From Obrimoposthia wandeli (taxonomy: Eukaryota), in contig CDROCS010003917.1 in assembly GCA_977020255.1 (NCBI GenBank), positions 186,001 to 250,000 on the forward strand: 64,000 bases of DNA. The letters run 5' to 3'. Shown one piece after another: positions 52,649 through 61,431 of this stretch. Below the pieces are notes generated by a model. That model searched no databases, had not been told where the DNA came from, and saw only the letters and a program-made list of their open reading frames with translations. Every line of letters starts with the position of its first letter. The first letter of the stretch is position 1. Position numbers and translations under genes: made by a program.

Positions 52649-53365
52649 TTGAAAATACTTTTTTTTATACTCATTGCGCTTTCTTCAGCAATATTGAATT
52701 CTGCTGAAAAATTAGTATTCACGGCCCCCGTAGGCTCTTTACTACATACAATCTCTATAAAAGTACTGACCGAGGCCTATAGAGAAATTGGATACGAAGT
52801 TGAAGTTTTGCGTCAGCCTAGTCAACGTGGACTTATAACATCAAACAGTGGCGTAGCTGATGGTGAGGTATCAAGAGTCAAAAGTATTAATAAAGTGTAC
52901 ACCAACCTAATTCGTGTTCCCGTTGTTATTAATCTCCTTGAAGGATTCGCTTTTTCTAAAAGAGCAGATGTTGTTGTATCTGACTGGAACAGTTTAAAAA
53001 AATATGATGTAATCTGCGTCAGAGGAATCAAGTTTTATGAGAAATTGCTGACAGATCGTAATATTGATTGCCAACAAGTCTCTATCTTTGCGCAAGCGGT
53101 TCGAATGATACAAGTTGACCGTGGAGATGTTGTAATTGGCTCGAAAATTAGCGGCCTAAACTACATAAGAAAACTAAATGCGAGCGACGTAAAGATCTCT
53201 GAAAATCCACTGATAACAATAGAACTGTATCATTACTTGCATAAGAAAAATGAAAGCCTCTTGACTGATATTCAAACCGTTTTAGAGGCAATGGTTAAAA
53301 GTGGACGAGTTGCAGAAATTAGAGATGAATACATCAAAGAAATCAATTACGGCCTTGTAGATTAA
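52649..53365 (+). CDS. Solute-binding family 3 periplasmic protein
   Basis: 'R.L..SNSG..DGE.SR', 'YHYLHKKN'; likely true start TTG 52649, the longer ORF includes IS66 sequence. Confidence 0.8.
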   Translation: MKILFFILIALSSAILNSAEKLVFTAPVGSLLHTISIKVLTEAYREIGYEVEVLRQPSQRGLITSNSGVADGEVSRVKSINKVYTNLIRVPVVINLLEGFAFSKRADVVVSDWNSLKKYDVICVRGIKFYEKLLTDRNIDCQQVSIFAQAVRMIQVDRGDVVIGSKISGLNYIRKLNASDVKISENPLITIELYHYLHKKNESLLTDIQTVLEAMVKSGRVAEIRDEYIKEINYGLVD

Positions 53366-53388
53366 ACCACAGTCCAATTACTCCGCCA

Positions 53389-53460
53389 TTAACTCATGCC
53401 TTTAGCGTAGAGACAAAGTATTTGCTTATCCATTTCAGTGAAACGAATTTGGCCCTTTTG
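53389..53460 (-). mobile_element. IS256-family transposase fragment
   Basis: 'QKGQIRFTEMDKQILCLYAKGMS*' matches the conserved IS256 segment. Confidence 0.7.
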
Positions 53461-53812
53461 TAACCGCGGATTATGTGTTATCAAAATGACCGTTTTATCC
53501 TCCATCACTGCCTGCTCGGTAATTGGGTCTAACTCCTCCGTCGGTTTATTCAAAATTAAGCTAGGCGAATTCTTAAATAACGCTTGGATGATATGAATCC
53601 ATCGTTCTTGATCACTCGATAACCCCTTGCAAGTATAGCCTTACTAGGTATTAATCCCTGATGGTAAATAGGCGATAAAATCACAAGATGCGGTGCTGCA
53701 AGCTTGCACTAACTTATCAGTTAGCCTTTGGGCTTGCTCAGTATAGGTGCCATTTAATGGTGGCTGCAAATAGGTAGTAGGTTTGCGATACAAGCGGTAT
53801 TTGTGCGCGCAA
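53461..53812 (-). pseudogene. Degenerate copy of the cydC 3' region
   Basis: Colinear with 61465-61839, with frameshifts and a 21-bp deletion. Confidence 0.9.
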
Positions 53813-53840
53813 AAAAAAGATGAAAGATATGGGACACTTT

Positions 53841-54329
53841 TAACATCTAAGCCCTTAGGGTTTTATAGCTGAAATACACACAGAAGCACTATCATACGTT
53901 AATCAAACTAAGAAGGCGCCAATACTTTTGTATTGCGCCGGAGTAATTTGATAAATTGACGAAGTGTAGTGACAGGATGCTACAAAGAGTGAATTCGCCA
54001 TAAATGGTGCTCATGAGCGGCCGGCAATTTAGAAAATTATGGAAGAGTTTTTCGGCAATAGCAGGGTGAGTTTTTATGTACAGGATGTATGTTATTAAGC
54101 GGTGCCATGATTGGCAAGGAGCGGCTTTGCTTACTTTCATTTTGACTACATAGATGTAGGTAAGGAGCGTGAGCAAGACGCGGAAACTTTGGCCGCAAAA
54201 GAAAGTCAGTCGACGAAGACGAAAGCCTTTAAAAACAGGTTTGAATTTAAACCTCAAAGCTCTTTGACACCCATGCCATCGCTACATATTGTACTTCCTG
54301 TACATAAAAAATAAATCAGTTAAATCTTC
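53841..54329 (+). repeat. Modular intergenic repeat, copy B
   Basis: Left module aligns with 60884-61030, right module with 61240-61362, tail 54299-54329 with 58786-58816. Confidence 0.85.
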
Positions 54330-54355
54330 TATTTTTACATATCGGTAAATTAAAC

Positions 54356-54722
54356 ATGCATTCTGCCACCCATTACATAATCCTAACAATCTTCGGTGTC
54401 ACCACCGCAAATCTACTATCAAATGGGATAACTGCTTACGCCGTTGAGCTACAACTGGCAGAACAAAGCAAAAAACTAATCGCTAGCTTCCAGCAAGCAA
54501 GTCAAAAACAACAAAGATACAACACTGCTTCAGAAAATAGCTGAAGATAACTGGAGAAAATCAAAAAATAAACGCACAAGCTCAACAACCGGTGCTCGAC
54601 TTTGGCGAAACTGTAAAGACTGGGAAAAAGTTAACGTACAAACGCCCAGCTACACCACCAATCAAGGCAAGCTGAAACATTGTAGCGTTTATAAAACTTA
54701 TATCGATAAAGGCCAACGCCTT
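54356..54722 (+). pseudogene. Frameshifted small secreted/membrane protein
   Basis: Hydrophobic N-terminus in the 62-aa ORF; continues in another frame as 'WRNCKDWEK..SYTT..KHC..Y..YI.KG'. Confidence 0.4.
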
Positions 54723-55551
54723 AGTTGTGAATATATTCTGTTGCTGTTTTATCAAACAGCTGTAGTTTTCTACAAACCCACAATGTAACTAAATAGGCAA
54801 TACAGCCGACAAGGATGCCTTGTAAACTACCTAGTGTGATATCTATCGGTGTGTGTACGCGTAAAATGAGCCTTGAGTAACATACCAGTGCAGCCCAAGG
54901 TAATAATAGATAAAAGAAATACTGCTTTTCCCTCTCTAAAAAGGTTATGGCCAAAAGAATGAGAAAACTGCTAAAAAAGAGCGTAGTAAAGGCATGCCCT
55001 GATGGCATAGAATAACCCGCTTCCTGTTGCCAATGAGCAGTAATTTTGGGTGTAAGTTCGTAGTTTTTATCCAATTGATTCAGCGCTATAGTCAGTACAG
55101 CGCGCCGTGCTTCTTTATCTCCTGTTTTATAAAATTGCTCAGGGCTCATGCCTAAAGGTCCTGAACTATCTTGCTCCGCTAGCCATACAATATTTGGACG
55201 AGGTACCTGCAAAGCCTCTTTTATTACATGCTCATTAAACATTGAACCGCTGCCAGCAAATGCACCGCCAATTACAGCGAATATGATAAAACTTTTAAAG
55301 TTTAACGCTTTCGCATAATTCGTTTGTAAGCTAAATATAATTAAGCATAGCAAAGCTATGGCTGGTGCACCGTATTTGCCACCGGATTCTGATAGCCAAT
55401 AAAAAAAATTATAGACGTTTTGGGGAAATGTTAGAAAAGGCGGCTGCGACGCATCTATCGTTTGTGATAAAAATGAGGCACTAATAAATAGCCATAACAC
55501 TAGTAAAGGGATGATAGCACGCGTTAATAAATAGGAAAATTTTATCGGCAT
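54721..55551 (-). CDS. PAP2 family phosphatase (PgpB-like)
   Basis: 'K.AL.VPRP', 'YSMPSGHA', 'SRLILRVH.P.D'; likely start ATG 55551. Confidence 0.88.
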   Translation of the reverse strand: MPIKFSYLLTRAIIPLLVLWLFISASFLSQTIDASQPPFLTFPQNVYNFFYWLSESGGKYGAPAIALLCLIIFSLQTNYAKALNFKSFIIFAVIGGAFAGSGSMFNEHVIKEALQVPRPNIVWLAEQDSSGPLGMSPEQFYKTGDKEARRAVLTIALNQLDKNYELTPKITAHWQQEAGYSMPSGHAFTTLFFSSFLILLAITFLEREKQYFFYLLLPWAALVCYSRLILRVHTPIDITLGSLQGILVGCIAYLVTLWVCRKLQLFDKTATEYIHN

Positions 55552-55801
55552 TGGTTGATTTTTATCTCTTGAATAATATCGGCACTTGCATAGCAATTGA
55601 TAAGTATAACGCTTAATCGTAAAAATAGGTCTGCCCAAAGCGCATCAATGTATTCTTAGGCAGGAATATAGAATTTATGCGAACGAATAAATAAAATAGT
55701 CTATGGAATAGACGCTTTTAAGGTTTCACCGTTAATTACAAACTCTTCTATTTTCAAGTTCAAAAAGGGTACTAATGCTTTATGGACGACCCATACATGC
55801 T

Positions 55802-56257
55802 TCATATTAAACGCCTTAGCCGTGTGCCAGTGCTTTTAAAACCTTTACTCTCATAGAATTTAATAGTTCTAGGGCTTTCGTTTGGAGGAGGGCTGCCTAC
55901 TTCTAACCGCTTCCAACCTAGTTCATTTGCTTTTTCAACAGCGGCGTTTAACAGCAGATCACCAATGTTAGATGAGCGATGTGTTGGTTTAACATACAGC
56001 TCAGATATTTCACCGAACACACCCCCGGCGTATATTGCTGCACATTCATGAAGCGTAATAATGCCAATGTTTTCATTATTATGTTTTGCTATGAACGCCC
56101 ATATTTTAGATGAATCTATTAAATCTTTGGCTACACGCTCTAACTCTGTATTTTCAATATTGTCTTTAGCGCAAGGGCTAAGTTCAGTCAATAGGGCTTT
56201 CACTAATTCAGCTATATCTTTATAGTTAACGCTTTGTGTAATCACGACATTATTCAT
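55802..56257 (-). CDS. GNAT acetyltransferase
   Basis: 'ISELYVKP.HRS..IG..LL', 'KFYESKGF'. Confidence 0.9.
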   Translation of the reverse strand: MNNVVITQSVNYKDIAELVKALLTELSPCAKDNIENTELERVAKDLIDSSKIWAFIAKHNNENIGIITLHECAAIYAGGVFGEISELYVKPTHRSSNIGDLLLNAAVEKANELGWKRLEVGSPPPNESPRTIKFYESKGFKSTGTRLRRLI

Positions 56258-56489
56258 ATTAACTCTCTTATTAAATAGTTATCTTACAAGACTAAACTAC
56301 TGACCAGTAAGATTTTTTTCTCGTATTAAAATTTATTTAGGCCTTTACTAACACTAACAATAGATTGCCTGTGTAAATAAAAGCTATGGGACATATATGG
56401 ACACCCCATCATAGTCAATTTAAATTGTCGTGTTTATCGTACCGTCGCACAATTTTAAGTACTCTATTTCGTTTCGCAGGCTTATCGAT

Positions 56490-56557
56490 AATCAATAGGG
56501 TCAGAGTAACTTGATAATCAATTTACTCTGACCCTATTGATTTGACCCCATTGATTT
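56490..56557. repeat. REP-like 20-bp perfect palindrome plus partial third arm
   Basis: aatcaatagggtcagagtaa (56490-56509) / ttactctgaccctattgatt (56523-56542); tgaccccattgatt follows. Confidence 0.85.
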
Positions 56558-57012
56558 CTTAGACACAGATTTTACCCGCAATTTTAATCTAAATTCATTA
56601 TGCAAATAATTTATCGGCTCAGCCTCTCCCTGCTGCCCGGTTGAGTTTGGTTCTTGGTGTAGCCAGCTATTAGCAATCTAAAAAAAATCTAATTTACTCG
56701 CACCTTTCTGCCTTTAATTATAATTTTAGTCAAATTAGTTGCATTTTCACTGAAAAAAGCTCTAAAACCTATAACTAGTTACAGGTGTATAAGTATTTGT
56801 TTTGTAATAAAATACACCTCGACTTTAGAGGGCTTTTCTATATTATTTTGACTTAAAAGCAAGAAGAAAGGCCTGGCCCTTTTATCCTATAAGTTAATGT
56901 TTGAAAGATCAGCAGGCTTAAAATTAGTTGATACTGCGTCCGGTAATTGAGCATAAATAAAACTATCATTTGCTATGAATATATTCATTTTTATATAAAG
57001 AGATTCAAATAA

Positions 57013-58236
57013 ATGCTAGAGATATCACAGAGCAAAGCGCCATCTCAACTGTTTGCTCGACAGCCTATTTTCGATATTGATCTGGAACTGGTGGGCTATG
57101 AACTTTTATTTCGCCCTATAGAAGAATTAAGCCGAATGGATGGTGAGTTAGCTACCTCTAAAGTACTACTTAATTGCTTTGCTGAGACTACCCTTGCTGT
57201 TGCTGTTGAAAATACCTGTGCGTTTATCAATTTTAACGATCATTGGCTGTTGGAGACCCCACCCTTTGGTCCTGAAAATATTGTTATTGAGGTATTAGAA
57301 GGGGTGCAGGTGAACGTCGAGTTTTTAGATAAAATAAAAAATCTACATGCTGAAGGCTATCAAATAGCGCTCGATGATTTCGTGTTAAATTTAGAAACAG
57401 CACAGTTACTACCCTATGCCTCAATCGTAAAAATTGACATTTTAGCGCAAGAGTCCATTGCGGAACTGACTCTCTTAGTCAAAAAATTAAGGAAGCATAC
57501 TTTTAAATTATTAGCCGAAAAGGTAGAAGATTACGAGACATTTCGCGTTTGCCAGCAATTGGAATTCGATTTGTATCAGGGTTATTATTTCTGCAAACCG
57601 GAAATCATTGAAGGTCATGTTGTTCATCCCCATCGCATTGCAACACTTGAGTTATTAGGTAAGTTAAATGAGCCGAATATAAGTATTACTGCGATAGAGG
57701 ATTGCTTAAAAAGTAATCCTGTCTTAGTGGTTAAGTTACTTAAGCTAGTTAATAGTGTGCAGTTCATTCAAAGTAACTCAGTTGATTGTCTAAGAAAAGC
57801 CATTATCATATTAGGCTTAGATAACTTGAAACGTTGGGTTTTATTAATTGTATTGGTTTCAATGGACGATAAGCCTAATTCACTGCTTAGACATGCCTTA
57901 GTACGTGCACGAACCATGGAGAATATTGCTCTGAAAATACCCAACAAAAACCCTCATGCGTATTTTTTAACGGGCATATTATCCTATATGGATACTTTTT
58001 TTGATAAGTCCCTTGAAGAAGTGATTAACATTTTACCTATAGCTAATTGGATGAAAGAGGCTATTCTTTTACGTACAGGTGAGGTAGGTAATCTTTTGTT
58101 GTTAATGGATTTTATTGATATTGGTAAGTGGCAAGAGTTGGCTACAAACACACTGCCGGTATCCGAAGATGAATTTAATTCTGCCTTCGTTGAGAGTATT
58201 GAGTGGGTAGACAATGTGATGGTTAATCTGAAATAA
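57013..58236 (+). CDS. EAL-HDOD protein (YuxH/CdgJ-like)
   Basis: 'FARQPIFD..GYELLFR', 'ALDDF', 'AEKVE', 'QGYYF', then HDOD 'LLKLVNS..AI..LG'. Confidence 0.92.
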   Translation: MLEISQSKAPSQLFARQPIFDIDLELVGYELLFRPIEELSRMDGELATSKVLLNCFAETTLAVAVENTCAFINFNDHWLLETPPFGPENIVIEVLEGVQVNVEFLDKIKNLHAEGYQIALDDFVLNLETAQLLPYASIVKIDILAQESIAELTLLVKKLRKHTFKLLAEKVEDYETFRVCQQLEFDLYQGYYFCKPEIIEGHVVHPHRIATLELLGKLNEPNISITAIEDCLKSNPVLVVKLLKLVNSVQFIQSNSVDCLRKAIIILGLDNLKRWVLLIVLVSMDDKPNSLLRHALVRARTMENIALKIPNKNPHAYFLTGILSYMDTFFDKSLEEVINILPIANWMKEAILLRTGEVGNLLLLMDFIDIGKWQELATNTLPVSEDEFNSAFVESIEWVDNVMVNLK

Positions 58237-58389
58237 ATTCAATAGCAAAGCTGTGGTTGAGCCGTAAAGTATATCTAGAGAGAGTGGGGTCTTTTCTGTT
58301 GCCTAAGCAAGAAGCTAAATCTGGCCCCAAGACCTTTATAGGCGTATCAAGGGTAATATGGGAAAAGGTAATATGGGATAACCACTTTT

Positions 58390-58816
58390 AAGAACTAAGT
58401 CATTAAGATTTTATAGTTGTTCCCTATTATTAGATAAATATATAGGCATAAGCACTATCACTCTCTAATCAAGCTACGAAGCTGCCTAGACCCCTTGTAT
58501 TGCCGCCGCAGCTTTGGGTGAAATTATTGAAGCGTTGCAACAGGCAGACTTTTAGCTCCCGGCAAAGTCTAAGTATCTATATCCCTATAGGCAATGTTGC
58601 GTAGAGCGACTGCGACTGAATGGATGCAGGAGGTAGAATAAAGCATCGAGAACTTATCGAGATGGCGTTTACTAGCGGCGCAATAATTTTGCGCAAGCGC
58701 AGGAACTTGATGTAAAAGGATTTACAAATGCAGCGATCACATGGATGTGAATGAGCTGTAGAGGCAATAGTGGGCGATCTTTGTATGTACATAAAAAATA
58801 AATCAGTTAAATTCTT
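58390..58816 (+). repeat. Modular intergenic repeat, copy C
   Basis: 58390-58700 aligns closely with 60884-61200. Confidence 0.9.
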
Positions 58817-59321
58817 CCTAATCTTTATATTTTATTAAGCCCTCTAAGCTAAAGCCTCCAACCCCTTTCTCTGCGACAAGATTAAGCAAATTCAATAATC
58901 AATTTGGCAACTCCCCGTGTAATCATAGAAAAGACAGTCATTAGAATGAAAGGAGCATTTAGCGATTGTTAAACACTATATAAAATCGTCGATGAATTAA
59001 CTTATTCTGATAAGAGCCAGGAATCTTTCAGATAACGTTTTTAGAGAGGCTGTCGGGGTGTTATTTCTCTGTGAGATAAAGCGTTATAAGTGTTGTTATA
59101 GTCACTTTATATACGATTATTGAAAACCTATTTTTTATAACTAATCGAATAATGGCGCCCTTGTCGTTACAAGGGTGTAGTGACTTTGTCGTATATCCTG
59201 CCTAGTGACTTGATGGTTATGTTCTCGTTAGCAAACGCTATATTGATAATGCTATCTGTATAGAAATGTTTGTTTATCAGCGCATTATCCATGGCGTATG
59301 CACTTTTGCATCACCCTGATG

Positions 59322-60568
59322 CTACGTTTCAATAACACGAGCGTGTGCGGCTTTATTATCTAAAGTTAGTTTTATAACACTTTGCTCTGCCGGTACTCCC
59401 AACCTGAAAGGAAATCCATAGTGACCGGTACCTCGATGCACATATAACTTTATTTTACCCAAACCCCATAATCCATGATCGGGCGTCTTTGAAAATAAAC
59501 TGAGTATCGTAGTTTTAAAACCTAAGCTCCAACCAGCGATTTTGGCCCCGCCATGCGTATGGCCATAATATTAGTCAATCTGGTTACTAGGTAGTGACAA
59601 AATATGAGCAGGATCATGTAGCATGGCAATACTTACTGATGACATTGCCACTATATTAGTAAAGCCTTTCATTGCTTGATTTAGTTTCGATACTTTGTCT
59701 TTAAAATGATGCAGAAACCAATTACTTGAACAGCACCAAGTCGTGTTTGCACTATTTGAGACTCATCTATTAGCAAAGTAATATCGTTGTTAGTTAAAGC
59801 TTCCTTTACAATTTCAGGCGCCTCGTAGTCATGATTCCCCCTACACGCAAATACCTTGCCTTTAAAAACTTTTAATGGCTTTAGTGCTAGCGTCAGTATT
59901 TTTGCACTCTCTTTTGATTCCATAGTTAACAAATCACCCGTCACTAAAATAAAGATCAGGGGTTTTGTGCCACAAATACTGCAGATCACGCTTAAGCCGT
60001 TCTAATAGACATATAGGGTCCCAAATGAGGGTCAGTTAATTGCACGATATACGAATTTAGCATCGAGTGTCATTGGCACTGGGTTTAGCTAAGTTTAATC
60101 GACTCAATTTTAAGGGCTCAGCGTTATCACTGAGATCTATATATACGCTCTCTTGGGTGCAGTAAAAATTTTGTATTAAACCAATTCCCCCCAAAATATA
60201 GGGAATATATAGCAAATTAATATTGTCAAACGGTGGTGACCACCATAGTGCCCAGGGGAAACGCTAGGATGGTGCCCCAAACCACTAGCCCGGCCAATTA
60301 GCAAAACTCGCATTATCACAGGGCGCATTTTAGGCCTAACAAGTAGTAGGGAGTCAGCAAATACTAAACCATGTAACAGCACTATAATGGGAAGGGGGAT
60401 GAAGTTTATTAAAGTGTCAAATACAGCGATAAAAATCAAGCTATAAACTGTTAAGATAATGCCCCGAAAAATAGCAAAGGATTTAGAGCGAAAGAACCAA
60501 CTAATAACGAAGTTAAACAATAATAAAAAAAATGTTGCTACGCTCATATTATCCAAAATAATATCCAA
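59322..60568 (-). pseudogene. Fragmented membrane metallophosphoesterase (YkuE/YaeI-like)
   Basis: TM N-terminus, 'IVQLTDPHLGP', 'VTGD', 'GNHD', 'GHTHGG', 'YVHRGTGHYGFPFRLGVPAE' spread over several frames. Confidence 0.88.
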
Positions 60569-60883
60569 AATGCGTTCATCCTATGCGTAATTATAAAATA
60601 ATCATTTATAAAAAGAGTACCCCTTGTGAATTATTATCATAATTATAAAAGAGCAAAACTATAGAATTTTCAAGCGCGACCTATTCGCTATCAATTAGCG
60701 TCGTTTTCTAAGAGGCAAAAATTACTTTAAGCAAGCTGTTGATACCATTCAGCTTCACTGATCAAACCTAGCGTCGATTCTAATTGATCGATAAAGGTTA
60801 ACCCGTTTAAATTGTCTAGTTCATGCTTGAAAATACGGGCTAATGGGGTCAAGTCTAGTTTCTTGTATTCATGGTGAATAAAT

Positions 60884-61362
60884 AAGAACTAAGTCATTAA
60901 GGTTTTATAACTTCTTCTCTTTTATTAGATAAATAGATAGGCAGGCAGAAGCACTATCACACTCGAATCAAGCTACGAAACTGCCTAAACCCCTTGTATT
61001 GCCGCCGGAGCTTTGGGTGAAATTATTGAAGCTTAGCAACAGGCAGACTTTTAGCTCCCGGCAAAGTCACAAGTACCTATCCCTATAAATAATGTTGCGT
61101 AAGTGAGTACATTTCATGGATCACAGGAGGTAGAATAAAGCATGGAGCACTTATCGAGATGGCGCTGATGAGCGGCCAATAATTTTGCACAAAGCGCAGG
61201 AGTTGTCGGCAATGGTAGGGTGGCCTTTGCTTTGGTTCTGTTTCTTTTGCCTACAGGACGTAGGTAAGGAGCGATAGCAGGACGAGGTAGCTTTGGCTAC
61301 TCAAAAGAAATGAACTCGACGAAGTCGAAAGCCCTTAACATCTCTTGAATTTAAACCTCAAA
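60884..61362 (+). repeat. Modular intergenic repeat, copy D
   Basis: Left and middle modules as in copy C, right module as in copies B and A. Confidence 0.9.
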
Positions 61363-61431
61363 AAAGAAAGCAGCTAAATCTATTAATCTATCAGAAAAAA
61401 ACCACCAAGTTAGCCTACAAAAACACCTACA

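Noticed and set aside
53892-54314. ORFs 53892-54257 (-) and 54111-54314 (+)
   Set aside because: Translations of repeat copy B; the frames are not kept in the other copies.
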